A stretch of 60,505 nt of DNA, the filler included. It is 6 parts of 6 records of this genome, joined end to end, with 100 filler letters (N's around TTAATTAATTAA, not from the genome) between each part and the next. Parts side by side here need not be neighbours in the genome. Positions count along the whole stretch, not along the records: positions 1 to 11,137 come from SRR22947727_654; positions 11,238 to 23,269 come from SRR22947727_655; 4 more parts are not named here. One strand, given 5' to 3'. Shown here piece after piece: positions 10,814-20,900 of this stretch; the stretch's first letter is position 1; the number at the start of each line of letters is the position of its first letter. The notes under the pieces were generated by a model. That model did not search any database. It was not told where the DNA came from and was given only the letters and a program-made list of their open reading frames with translations. Both the position numbers and the translations under genes were made by a program.

Positions 10814-10830
10814 TTTTAAGAATTAGTCAA
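10803..10830 (-). promoter_or_regulatory. Putative sigma70 promoter of mraZ-ftsZ-dcw
   Basis: Minus strand TTGACT-N16-TACTAT, overlapping the MraZ boxes. Confidence 0.6.
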
Positions 10831-10861
10831 TACTATAATAATTTACAGTATTTTGCGTAAA

Positions 10862-10876
10862 GTACAAAAGTAGAAC
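10862..10876 (-). promoter_or_regulatory. Candidate alphaproteobacterial LexA (SOS) box
   Basis: Minus strand GTTC-TACTTTT-GTAC, one mismatch to GTTC-N7-GTTC. Confidence 0.35.
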
Positions 10877-10897
10877 ATTATTTTAGAAATATTTTTT

Positions 10898-11137
10898 GCC
10901 AGATAATTTATAAGCCGGGTTCTGTCATTGAAGATGTTATTTCTCTAGGCTTAAATTCACATTTAAACTCAAGCGGTTAACCCAGAAGACTAACGAAAGA
11001 CCGTTTTTAGTGCTTTCACACAATATCTTCTCTATTTAACCTTGCTCCCAGTGGGGTTTGCCTTGCGTTTTTTGTTACCAAAAAACCGGTGAGCTCTTAC
11101 CTCGCCGTTTCACCCTTGCCTTGATAAGGCGGTTTAT
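10898..11137 (-). ncRNA. rnpB: RNase P RNA (class A), 5' end truncated by contig break
   Basis: Minus strand has GGGTGAAACGGCGAGGTAAGAGCTCACC, GGCAAACCCCACTGGGAGCAAGG and 3' ACAGAACCCGGCTTAT; upstream of mraZ. Confidence 0.95.
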
Positions 11138-11237
11138 NNNNNNNNNNNNNNNNNNNNNNNNNNNNNNNNNNNNNNNNNNNNTTAATTAATTAANNNNNNN
11201 NNNNNNNNNNNNNNNNNNNNNNNNNNNNNNNNNNNNN
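11138..11237. other. Artificial contig spacer
   Basis: N44-TTAATTAATTAA-N44 (stops in six frames). Confidence 0.98.
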
Positions 11238-12811
11238 GCAGCTCTTGCCATTTGTGATAATTTTTGAATGTAGTTTTCTATTTCTTTGCCAGCAACAAGC
11301 ATTAAATCTGACATTTCATCAACTACTACAACAATGTAAGGCATCTTTAATTTATGCTTAGCATTGTAGCCATCGATGTTTCTTACTCCAACTTTGCTCA
11401 TAAGTTTGTATCTACTATTCATTTCTTTCACTGTCCAAGCCAAAGCAGATGTTGCTTTCTTCGCATCGGTTATTACCGGAGTTAATAAATGAGGAATACC
11501 TTCGTAAGTTGATAGCTCTAACATCTTAGGATCAATTAAAATAAATTTACAAAGATCAGGATTTAATTTGTAAAGTAGTGAAACAATAATCGTATTGATG
11601 CAAACTGACTTCCCAGAACCTGTAGTGCCAGCAATTAATAAGTGAGGCATTGATGTAAGATCACCAACTATTGGCATGCCAGAGATGCTTTTCCCAAGTG
11701 CAATAGGTAATTTTACATCTTTCTTTTGAAACTTTTCGTAAGAGATAATTTCTCTAAGAGAAACACTTTCTCTCGTTTCGTTAGGTATCTCGATACCAAC
11801 TGTATTTTTACCCGGGATAACAGAAACTCTTGCAGATGTTGAGCTAGTATTACGTGCTAAATCTTCAGATAAATTTATTATCTTTGCAACTTTTACCCCT
11901 GGAGCTGGTTCAAATTCATATAAACTAACAACAGGGCCATTATTGATAGTTTTAATGTTTCCATCAATTCCAAAATCTAAAAGAATTTTTTCCATAAACT
12001 CACCATCAGGTCGATTTTCATTTAATTCAGATGCACTAAGTTTAGTTGAGCTTTTTTCTAAATATTCTATTGCTGGTAATTTATATTTTGATCTTAAACT
12101 TGTTGCTGGTTTGTCCGATTTAGTTAAGTCATCAAAAGAAAATGATTGTTGTGGCCTTTCAATTATTTTATCTCTCTCTTCGGATGGCTCTACTTCTAAA
12201 TTTACATCTGGAATTGTATTTTCTTTTTTTTTAAATAAAGATGTTATTGTTGAAAAAGTTCCAATAATTATTTTCTTTATATTTAAATCAGCAGAAAAAA
12301 TAAAAAAGAATAAGGTCAGTAATAGCAATCCATATGCAGAGTATGTATTATCAATATAAGGAAACCAAGTGCTTAAAAATTCATAACCAATCTTGCCAAC
12401 AAAACCCGAGTTGCCATTATCGATAAGCCAAAATGAATTATTAAAAGTAATATAAATAAAAATGGAACCTAAGATCAAATATGAAACCATCAAAAATAAT
12501 TTTAAAATTATTTTTTTGATCTCTTTTTGAATTATTAAATTAATTCCCCAAAATAAAAAATTAGCTAAAATTAAAAATGAAACGAGACCAAAGCTCTGCA
12601 GGAGAAAATCAGCTATACTGCTTCCATAGATCCCAAAGAAATTTTTAATCTCAAAGTCTCTATCACCATATACAAATGACGGATCTTCTGGTGAATACGT
12701 AGTAAAAGCTATTGCTAAACCGATACTTGTTGAAATTAAGATTAATCCAACAAATTCAAAGGTTCGTTTTTTTAAAAAATTTGTTACACTGTCTAAAAAG
12801 TTTGTATTCAT
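11238..12811 (-). CDS. ftsK: DNA translocase FtsK, 3' truncated
   Basis: N-terminal TM domain, GPVVSLYEFEPAPGVK, PHLLIAGTTGSGKSV, IDPKMLEL, VVVVDEMSDLM. Confidence 0.97.
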
Positions 12812-12867
12812 ATCGAATCGTTTTACATACTTTTTACCATTTTTATGAAAGTGAGAAAAATTTTAAT

Positions 12868-13965
12868 ATGAAAAAGCAAAGAATATGTATAGTTGGAGAC
12901 GGTCTTTCAGGCTTAATGGCTGCTTTGGCATTAAATAAAATAGAAGGTTTAGAAGTTCATTTAATATCTAAAAAAAACAAGTATTCTAAAGATAAAAGAA
13001 CGACAGCTATTTCAGCCTCTAACCATGCGTTTTTTCACCAGGTGATAGACAAACTCGATAAAAAGTTATTTTGGCCTTCAAAAAAAATTGATCTTTTCTA
13101 CGAGAGAAAAGACCAGAAAATTAATTTCTTGAACTTTAAAGAAGACAGCAAAAATCTTATGTACGTTTTTGAGAACGACAAAATTAAAGAATTTTTAATT
13201 AAAGAAATAAAAAAAAAAAAAATTAAAACGCTTCAAAAAAATATTAATGAATTAAAAGATTTAGATGTTTACGATATGAAAATACTTTGCTTAGGCAGAT
13301 ACTCAAAAATCTATCAAAGTATAGTTGATAAAAGATCCATAAATATAGACTATAAAGAAATCGCTATCACAGGATATGTAAAACACAATTTGAAGAATTT
13401 AAATACTGCTCAATATTTCTTAAAAGAAGGCCCGCTAGCAATACTCCCTTTTTCAATAAATAATTTTTCTTTTGTGTGGAGTGTAGATAAAGAGTTTCCG
13501 AAAAAAGATTTTAACTTAGTTGTTAGATCTAAAATTTGTCAAGTTTTAAAAACTAAAAAAATACAGATTACAAATCAACAATCATATCCATTGATGCTTA
13601 ATTTAAAACGAACTTATTATAAAAATGATATTCTTATTCTGGGTGAAGGGTTACACACAGTTCACCCTGTAGCAGGACAAGGCTTTAATCTTGTATTAAG
13701 AGATATAAATAAATTACAAGAGATAATTAAATATTATATGGGATTAGGTATGTCCCTAAAAAGCACATCTGCTCTTGAAGATTTTACTAATAATAGAAAA
13801 GCAGAAAATATTATTACAGGTATAGGTATTGATCTAACTCATAATTTTTTTAAAAAAAATAAGTTATTAGATCCATTTAAAGAAACAATTTTGAAAAATA
13901 TTTCGAAAAATAATACTCTTAAAAAAATAAGCAAATTTATTTCTAATCAAGGTTTATCAATTTAA
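12868..13965 (+). CDS. UbiH/UbiF-family FAD-dependent hydroxylase
   Basis: Start reset to MKKQRICIVGDGLSGL (Rossmann); DKRTTAI, GPLAILP, GEGLHTVHPVAGQGFNL. Confidence 0.85.
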   Translation: MKKQRICIVGDGLSGLMAALALNKIEGLEVHLISKKNKYSKDKRTTAISASNHAFFHQVIDKLDKKLFWPSKKIDLFYERKDQKINFLNFKEDSKNLMYVFENDKIKEFLIKEIKKKKIKTLQKNINELKDLDVYDMKILCLGRYSKIYQSIVDKRSINIDYKEIAITGYVKHNLKNLNTAQYFLKEGPLAILPFSINNFSFVWSVDKEFPKKDFNLVVRSKICQVLKTKKIQITNQQSYPLMLNLKRTYYKNDILILGEGLHTVHPVAGQGFNLVLRDINKLQEIIKYYMGLGMSLKSTSALEDFTNNRKAENIITGIGIDLTHNFFKKNKLLDPFKETILKNISKNNTLKKISKFISNQGLSI

Positions 13966-13969
13966 TTCA

Positions 13970-15298
13970 ATGAACATTTACGCTCTTTCATCAGGTAGAG
14001 GTCCGTCAGGAATAGCTATTGTTAGGATCTCTGGTAAAGAAACTCTTAAAATTTGTAAGAATTTAACTAAACTAAAAGACATTAATGCTAACGAGGTAAA
14101 TTATTGCCAATTCTATGATCCAAAAAACGACAAAGTAATAGACCCAGAGGCTCTATTGTTGTGGTTCCCTGCGCCTAATAGCTATACTGGTGATGATTTA
14201 GCTGAGTTTCAGGTCCACGGAAGTAATGCTGTAATCAATGCTTTATTAAAGGCATTATCAGAACAAGATAATTGTAGATTAGCCGAACCTGGTGAATTTA
14301 CGAAGATAGCTTTTCAAAATGATAAAATCGATCTCTTAAAAGCTGAAAGTATAGGTGATTTAATCCATTCAGAGACTGAGCTTCAAAGAGATCAAGCTGT
14401 TAAATTAGTACAAGGAAATGCATCAAATTACTATAATGATTTAAGAGAAAAATTAATAAAGTCATTATCTTATATTGAAGCCAAAATAGATTTTGCTGAG
14501 GACGATTTACCTGAAAAAGTTTTAAAAGAATTACAAAATTCTATTAAAGAGATTCATAAAGATATTCATAAAATAATTGAAGATAATAAAATTGGAGAAA
14601 AAATAAGAGATGGATTTAGAGTTTCTATAACAGGCGAAGTGAATGCAGGTAAATCTTCTCTTTTAAATTTAATAGCAAAAAGAGATGTTGCTATTGTTTC
14701 AGATGAAGCAGGAACTACAAGAGATGTAATCGAGACATATTTAAATATAGATGGTTATCCTGTGATCTTAGCTGATACTGCAGGCATAAGAGATGCTAAA
14801 AATGAAGTTGAAAAAAAAGGTATATCTTTAGCGTTAGGACAATCAAAAGAAGCAGATTTGAATATTGTTGTTATAGATAATTCCTCGAAAAGCGTAAACA
14901 GTGAAATTAAAAAAATGATCAACAAAGATACAATAGTTTTGCTAAATAAATCAGACGTACTAGATGAACAAAATCATAAATTTGATGCAGATACAGTATT
15001 AGCGTCAGTCAAAGAAAATAAAAACATTGATAATTTGATAAAAAAAATAAAAGAAAAATTAAGTAAAAAGTTTACGTCTAATAATACTGCTTTAATTACA
15101 AGAGAACGACATAGAGTTAAACTTAATGAATGCTTAAAAGAAATAGATAACTTTCTTAAAAAAGATCAAAATAAAGACCTTGAATTAGCCGCTGAAGATC
15201 TAAGAATGGCTACACGACATCTTGGAAGTATCGTAGGGAAAGTGGACGTTGAAGAAATACTTGGATCTATATTTAAAGACTTCTGTATAGGCAAATAA
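13970..15298 (+). CDS. mnmE: tRNA modification GTPase
   Basis: GIAIVRISG, SYTGDD, GEVNAGKSSL, GTTRD, DTAGIR, NKSD, C-terminal FCIGK. Confidence 0.98.
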   Translation: MNIYALSSGRGPSGIAIVRISGKETLKICKNLTKLKDINANEVNYCQFYDPKNDKVIDPEALLLWFPAPNSYTGDDLAEFQVHGSNAVINALLKALSEQDNCRLAEPGEFTKIAFQNDKIDLLKAESIGDLIHSETELQRDQAVKLVQGNASNYYNDLREKLIKSLSYIEAKIDFAEDDLPEKVLKELQNSIKEIHKDIHKIIEDNKIGEKIRDGFRVSITGEVNAGKSSLLNLIAKRDVAIVSDEAGTTRDVIETYLNIDGYPVILADTAGIRDAKNEVEKKGISLALGQSKEADLNIVVIDNSSKSVNSEIKKMINKDTIVLLNKSDVLDEQNHKFDADTVLASVKENKNIDNLIKKIKEKLSKKFTSNNTALITRERHRVKLNECLKEIDNFLKKDQNKDLELAAEDLRMATRHLGSIVGKVDVEEILGSIFKDFCIGK

Positions 15299-15340
15299 AA
15301 TACCTCTTGTATTACTAATTTACCGCGTTACATTCATATC

Positions 15341-17215
15341 ATGAAGAAACAGAGCTATGATGTAGTAGTAATAGGGGGTGGTCACGCCGGATGCGAGGCA
15401 GCAGCTGCATCCGCTAGAATGGGCGTCAATACAGCTCTTTTCACACACAAAATAGAGACAATCGGTGAGATGTCGTGTAATCCCGCTATTGGAGGGCTTG
15501 GCAAGGGTCATCTTGTTAGAGAAATAGATGCTCTAGACGGCGTTATGGGCGTCGTAGCTGATAAATCAGGTATTCAGTTCAGATTATTAAATAGAAGCAG
15601 AGGACCAGCCGTTCAAGGCCCAAGAACACAGTCTGATAGAGCTCTTTATAAAGAACACATGCAAAAAATATTACTGAATTATAAAAATTTATCTGTTGTA
15701 GCTGATCCCGTTACAAAATTTATATTTGATGATAATGAAAACAAAGTTATTGGTTTTTTATGTCAAAGCGGGAAAGAAATTAGATGTAAAGAATTAATTT
15801 TAACTACAGGCACTTTTTTGAATGGTCTAATTCATATAGGGGAGACGCAAATTCCTGCTGGTCGATTTGACGAAAAACCTTCTACAGGGCTTAGCGAACA
15901 GTTAGAAAAATATGATATGAAAATTGGTAGGTTAAAAACAGGAACTCCACCAAGGTTAGATGGTGATACGATTAATTATGATGAATTAGAAATGCAGCCT
16001 GCTGATGATGATCCGAATTATTTTTCATTTTTAACAAACAAACTTTATAACAAACAAATTAAATGTGGAATGACTTACACAAATAATACCGTACATAAAA
16101 TTATTAGTGACAATATTTCTAAGAGCGCTATGTACTCAGGCAATATTAAAGGGGTCGGGCCAAGATATTGCCCTGCCATTGAGGATAAAATAGTTAAATT
16201 TAAGGAGAAAGAAAAGCACCAGATATTTTTAGAGCCTGAAGGTTTAAAGGACAATACTGTTTACCCAAATGGTATCTCAACTTCTCTTCCAGAGGATATA
16301 CAGCTTGAAATATTGGCTAATATTAAGGGTTTAGAGCAGGTTAAGATGAAGAGAGCAGGCTATGCGATAGAGTATGATTATGTTGATCCCAGAGAATTAA
16401 GAGCCACATTAGAGACTAAAAAAATTAAATCTCTGTTTCTTGCAGGACAAATTAACGGAACCACTGGTTATGAAGAAGCTGCAGCACAAGGTTTAATAGC
16501 AGGTATTAACGCTGCAATAAAAGTTTTAAAAAAAGATGAATTAATTTTAGATCGATCAACATCTTATATTGGAGTGATGATAGATGATCTAATTACAAAA
16601 GGTGTTTCTGAACCTTACCGTATGTTTACCTCTAGAGCTGAATACAGATTGACTCTTAGAGCAGATAATGCCGACCAAAGATTAACTGACCTTGGAATAA
16701 ATTTAAACTTGGTAAATGAAAATAGAAAAAAAATATTTTTAGAAAAGAAAAAAAATATTTTTGCACTAACTAAATCCTTGCAATCTAACTATCTTACCCC
16801 TAACGAAGCAAAGAAACATAATATTAAAATTGCAATGGACGGTGTAAAAAGGTCAGTTCTTCAGATCATTGGTCAAAGAAATCTAAATATGGCTAAAATA
16901 AGGCAAGTTTTTCCTAACATACCCCTTTATAATAAGTCCATAGATAATCAAGTTGTAATTGATGCTCATTATGCAGGATACCTTGATCGACAGTCTCACG
17001 ACATTAAATCTTTCAAAAAAGATGAAGCGGTAGTTATACCAGCTAAGATAAACTATGATTGTTTAAGTGGTCTTTCAAATGAGATCAAAAGCAAGCTCAA
17101 TAAAGTACGTCCCAAAACCTTAGGTCAAGCGATTCGTATCGATGGCGTGACGCCTGCAGCGATTATTATAATTCTTTCTCATATTAAAAAATTAAAACAT
17201 AAAGTTTCTGCTTAA
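15341..17215 (+). CDS. mnmG: tRNA uridine-5-carboxymethylaminomethyl modification enzyme (GidA)
   Basis: [59 protein letters not shown]. Confidence 0.98.
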   Translation: MKKQSYDVVVIGGGHAGCEAAAASARMGVNTALFTHKIETIGEMSCNPAIGGLGKGHLVREIDALDGVMGVVADKSGIQFRLLNRSRGPAVQGPRTQSDRALYKEHMQKILLNYKNLSVVADPVTKFIFDDNENKVIGFLCQSGKEIRCKELILTTGTFLNGLIHIGETQIPAGRFDEKPSTGLSEQLEKYDMKIGRLKTGTPPRLDGDTINYDELEMQPADDDPNYFSFLTNKLYNKQIKCGMTYTNNTVHKIISDNISKSAMYSGNIKGVGPRYCPAIEDKIVKFKEKEKHQIFLEPEGLKDNTVYPNGISTSLPEDIQLEILANIKGLEQVKMKRAGYAIEYDYVDPRELRATLETKKIKSLFLAGQINGTTGYEEAAAQGLIAGINAAIKVLKKDELILDRSTSYIGVMIDDLITKGVSEPYRMFTSRAEYRLTLRADNADQRLTDLGINLNLVNENRKKIFLEKKKNIFALTKSLQSNYLTPNEAKKHNIKIAMDGVKRSVLQIIGQRNLNMAKIRQVFPNIPLYNKSIDNQVVIDAHYAGYLDRQSHDIKSFKKDEAVVIPAKINYDCLSGLSNEIKSKLNKVRPKTLGQAIRIDGVTPAAIIIILSHIKKLKHKVSA

Positions 17216-17823
17216 TGCATGAACAAAATGTTATTAAATTACTGAAATCTGATCTTAAATTTAGCGAGTCATCCATTGGTAGACTTAGAATATTTGTTAA
17301 AAGTGTAATTGATGCGAACAAAGAGTATAATTTAATTTCGAAAAACACCGAAAATGACATATGGCATCGTCATATTCTTGATTCAGCCCAGTTGGTTAAG
17401 TTTATAAATTTCAAACGTGGTTCATTATCTGATTTAGGGTCGGGAGCAGGTTTTCCAGGAATAGTGCTGGCTATTTTCAATAGTAATTTAGACTTTCACG
17501 TGAAATTGTATGAAAAATCACCTGTAAAATCAGCTTTTTTACAAAAAATCGTCAAAGAATTAGATTTAAATGCACAAATTTTTAATAATATTTATGATAA
17601 TAAAATTGAATCAGAATATATAGTTTGTAGAGCGTTTAAGAAATTAGATAGAATAATACAAGTTTCACGTGAAATTGCAAAAAAACCACATAAACTGATA
17701 ATTTTAAAAGGTCAAAATGCTCAAGAAGAGGCAAATAGTGCTTTTAAAAATAATAAATACCCTTATAAGTTAGAAAATAGCATGACAAATAATGATTCAA
17801 AAATTTTCATAGCCGATTTTTAA
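17215..17823 (+). CDS. rsmG: 16S rRNA m7G527 methyltransferase (GidB)
   Basis: RHILDSAQL, DLGSGAGFPG, CRAF; between mnmG and parA. Confidence 0.95.
   Translation: MHEQNVIKLLKSDLKFSESSIGRLRIFVKSVIDANKEYNLISKNTENDIWHRHILDSAQLVKFINFKRGSLSDLGSGAGFPGIVLAIFNSNLDFHVKLYEKSPVKSAFLQKIVKELDLNAQIFNNIYDNKIESEYIVCRAFKKLDRIIQVSREIAKKPHKLIILKGQNAQEEANSAFKNNKYPYKLENSMTNNDSKIFIADF
17492..17507. other. parS-like palindrome 1
   Basis: ACTTTCACGTGAAATT; core TTTCACGTGAAA identical to parS consensus TGTTTCACGTGAAACA. Confidence 0.7.
17661..17676. other. parS-like palindrome 2
   Basis: AGTTTCACGTGAAATT, 13/16 to parS consensus, 150 bp upstream of parA. Confidence 0.75.
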
Positions 17824-17825
17824 AA

Positions 17826-18617
17826 ATGACAACTATAATTTCAGTAATCAATCAAAAAGGTGGGGTCGGAAAGACGACAACAGTTATTAATCTGGCAGCA
17901 TCACTGTCCATTATGGGTCAAACAAATCTTGTTATTGATTTAGATCCACAGGGCAATGCCACTACAGGTCTTGGTAAGAATAACAATGACGAGGAGAACA
18001 ACATCTATAATTTATTAATAAAAAAAAATAATTTAAATGACTCGATTCAAAAAACCAATATTAAAAATCTAGATATTATTGGTTCACATGTAAATTTATC
18101 AGGTCTTGAAGTAGAAACAGCAAGTGACTCAAAGAGAGCGTTTGTTTTAAAAGAAATTTTATCAAATGAAAAAAATGGAGTACTTAAAAAATATGACAAT
18201 ATATTTATCGATTGTCCTCCATCTTTGAGTCTTTTAACTATAATGTCATTAGTTGCATCTGACGAATTGCTAGTACCTTTACAAACAGAGTTTTTCGCTT
18301 TGGAGGGAATAACACAATTAGTAAAAACAATAGATAGAATTAAAGAGAATTTAAATCCTAGCCTTTCTATCAGAGGTATACTTCTAACTATGTTTGATAA
18401 ACGAAATAAACTTTCATCTGAAGTCGACAGAGAAGCAAGAAATTATTTTAAAGACAAAGTGTATCAAACTGTTATCCAAAGAAATGTAAGATTATCAGAA
18501 GCGCCATCTCATGGCTTACCTTGTGTCATATATGATAAAAATTGCGTAGGTAGCAAGTCCTATCTAAAACTAGCTGAAGAATTTTCAAAAAAAACCAAAA
18601 TAGAAAGCGCAGCATGA
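17826..18617 (+). CDS. parA: Chromosome partitioning ATPase ParA/Soj
   Basis: NQKGGVGKTTT, DLDPQGNA, IDCPPSL, RNVRLSEAPSHG. Confidence 0.97.
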   Translation: MTTIISVINQKGGVGKTTTVINLAASLSIMGQTNLVIDLDPQGNATTGLGKNNNDEENNIYNLLIKKNNLNDSIQKTNIKNLDIIGSHVNLSGLEVETASDSKRAFVLKEILSNEKNGVLKKYDNIFIDCPPSLSLLTIMSLVASDELLVPLQTEFFALEGITQLVKTIDRIKENLNPSLSIRGILLTMFDKRNKLSSEVDREARNYFKDKVYQTVIQRNVRLSEAPSHGLPCVIYDKNCVGSKSYLKLAEEFSKKTKIESAA

Positions 18618-19474
18618 AAACAAGTAAAAAAAAAGGTTTAGGAAGAGGGCTTTCCGCTTTATTTGGAGACGACACTCCAAAAGAAAAAATTATTGAAAAA
18701 AAAAATTTAAACAAAGTATCTATTAGCGATCTTAGTCGAAATCCATTTCAGCCAAGGGAATTTTTTCACGAGACAAAACTTAAAGAATTAGCCGAATCCA
18801 TCAAGAAAAATGGCGTAATTCAGCCTATTGCAGTAAGACCAAAAAAATCAGAGTCAGGTAAATATGAAATTGTTGCTGGAGAAAGAAGATGGCTAGCAGC
18901 ACAAAAAGCTGGCTTACACGATATACCAGTAATCATACTAGATCTAAGTGATGTTGAGTCGCTTGAAGTTGCAATTGTAGAAAACATTCAAAGAGATGAC
19001 CTTAATCCAATTGAAGAAGGAAAAGGGTATAAAAGATTAATGCAAGAGTTCAAATATGACCATGAAAGTATTTCTAAATTAATGTCTAAAAGTCGAAGTC
19101 ATGTTAGCAACACTTTAAGATTATTAACTCTTCCCACAGATATCATTGCTATGCTGGAGGAGGGCACACTTACATCAGGGCAGGCTAGGCCCTTAATTGG
19201 AATAGCCAATGCCTCAGCTATTGCCGAAGAAATAGTAGCAAATAATTATAGCGCCAGAAAAGTTGAGTATTTAGTTAAATCTAAAAAAGGTTTAAAGTCA
19301 CAAGATAAGACTTATGATGTCAATATATTGAAAGCCCAAGAACGTATTGAAAAAATTATTGGTTTAAAAGTTTTAATTTCTAATAAAAAAAATAATTCAG
19401 GAAAACTTACTATCTTATACAAAGATTTAGAACAATTTGAGCTGTTATCAGATTTACTTACGAGAACAAGCTAG
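18614..19474 (+). CDS. parB: Chromosome partitioning protein ParB
   Basis: GLGRGLSAL, NPFQPR, AGERRWLAA, ENIQRDDLNPIEE, HTH SRSHVSNTLRLL. Confidence 0.97.
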   Translation: MKTSKKKGLGRGLSALFGDDTPKEKIIEKKNLNKVSISDLSRNPFQPREFFHETKLKELAESIKKNGVIQPIAVRPKKSESGKYEIVAGERRWLAAQKAGLHDIPVIILDLSDVESLEVAIVENIQRDDLNPIEEGKGYKRLMQEFKYDHESISKLMSKSRSHVSNTLRLLTLPTDIIAMLEEGTLTSGQARPLIGIANASAIAEEIVANNYSARKVEYLVKSKKGLKSQDKTYDVNILKAQERIEKIIGLKVLISNKKNNSGKLTILYKDLEQFELLSDLLTRTS

Positions 19475-20446
19475 TTGACATATATCAAGTATTAACTTTT
19501 TGAGTAGTACAGTTTTATCGATATCTGCTCTAGATTTGATGTTTACTTCAAGATTATATGTGTTTTCTAAAGCTCGACTAAGTTTATAATAGTCCCATAT
19601 CTTTGCTTGGTCTAAAAAATTAGATTTATCCTTCCAGAATATCGGAGGTTTTAAAGAATTAATTGTTTCTGTAAAATTTTTATTTTTAGACAACGAAATT
19701 AATTCTTTAAGTTTATATAATCTCTTATTTATCGAAGCTATATAGAATGGAATCTTTTCTGTTTCTAAACTAACGCTGCTCAGTAGTTTGTTGGTAAACG
19801 ATTTATTACCTTTCAAAGCACTTTCTTTTATCGCTTCAAATTCCGAGTCACTTTTTTGATTAGTAAGTTTATCTAATTCGTTAAATTTAATAGCTTTATC
19901 TATAAAGTATATTTTTATTTTTTCTAATTCGTTATTAACTTTTATCCTATCTAAACCACTATTTTCTATTAATAAATTTATGACTTGCTGCGTCACACCA
20001 GAGTAACCTTTCAACTTGTCACTTATTATCTTTTTAATGCTTATAACATTGTCTGCATAGCAAGGCACTATTCCTAGCATTTTAGATTTTTCAAAGTGAA
20101 ATCTTAATTTTGACTTTTTATCTAATAAATTGCTGAAAAGATAAATTTTATCTTTACTAATCTCGGGTTCAATTTCTTCAATTATCTTCAGAATTTTATC
20201 ACTAACATTATCAATTAAAATAATCTTTTGATCTTCAAAAAGTGAATTAGTATTAATTTCATTAAAAATAATGTTTTGATTCTTAATAATCTCATCTTGA
20301 GTTAACTTTAAAATTTTTATTTTGTTATTTTCATTTAATTTTTTTTTTAGGTCGTTTATTAAGCCTAAATTTTCACCATAAAATAAAACAATATTGTTAT
20401 CTAATAATTTAATGTTTTGTTCTAATAAATAGCTTTTATGAATCAT
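19454..20446 (-). CDS. holA: DNA polymerase III delta subunit
   Basis: LFYGENLGL, SLFEDQKII, KKSKLR, PCY, PPIFWKDK; leuS-lptE-holA order. Confidence 0.88.
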   Translation of the reverse strand: MIHKSYLLEQNIKLLDNNIVLFYGENLGLINDLKKKLNENNKIKILKLTQDEIIKNQNIIFNEINTNSLFEDQKIILIDNVSDKILKIIEEIEPEISKDKIYLFSNLLDKKSKLRFHFEKSKMLGIVPCYADNVISIKKIISDKLKGYSGVTQQVINLLIENSGLDRIKVNNELEKIKIYFIDKAIKFNELDKLTNQKSDSEFEAIKESALKGNKSFTNKLLSSVSLETEKIPFYIASINKRLYKLKELISLSKNKNFTETINSLKPPIFWKDKSNFLDQAKIWDYYKLSRALENTYNLEVNIKSRADIDKTVLLKKLILDICQLACSRK

Positions 20447-20900
20447 TAAAATCTAAACTTATTTTTAGTAAAATTTCGTCTGCCATCTCATCAATCAAAT
20501 TATCGATTAATTTTTTTTCATTATTTAGTGTTTCAACTTTATTATCCGCAACATTGAAATTTGCAGCTTTATTAATTGTTAAAATTTTTGTGATATTTTC
20601 CGGCAATATCATATATTTTACGTTTGAGACAATTTTAATTTCATATTTAGTAATTTTATTTTGAATATTTTTTTCTTTAATGAGCTTTACTTTTTCTGAA
20701 TCGATATTAATTTTTATGAAGTTTTTATTAAGATCACTATTGTTAATTTTAATTCTATTTTTTAAAGCATAGCTTATCTTTTTATCACCCTCAGCATTTA
20801 CTTCTAAAATATTAAAGCCATATGTGTTTTTGACTACTTTAAAGCCACAACTTGTTAGAAGTAATAGAAAAAAAACTAAATTTATTAATTTATATTTCAT
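20436..20900 (-). CDS. lptE: LptE-like lipoprotein
   Basis: Lipobox LLTSCGF; between leuS and holA. Confidence 0.75.
   Translation of the reverse strand: MKYKLINLVFFLLLLTSCGFKVVKNTYGFNILEVNAEGDKKISYALKNRIKINNSDLNKNFIKINIDSEKVKLIKEKNIQNKITKYEIKIVSNVKYMILPENITKILTINKAANFNVADNKVETLNNEKKLIDNLIDEMADEILLKISLDFNDS

Noticed and set aside
12712-12867. N-terminal extension of the UbiH-like ORF
   Set aside because: Overlaps the divergent ftsK start; the Rossmann motif follows ATG 12868
18080-18095. Third parS-like site in parA (TGGTTCACATGTAAAT)
   Set aside because: Only 11/16 match and the central palindrome is broken
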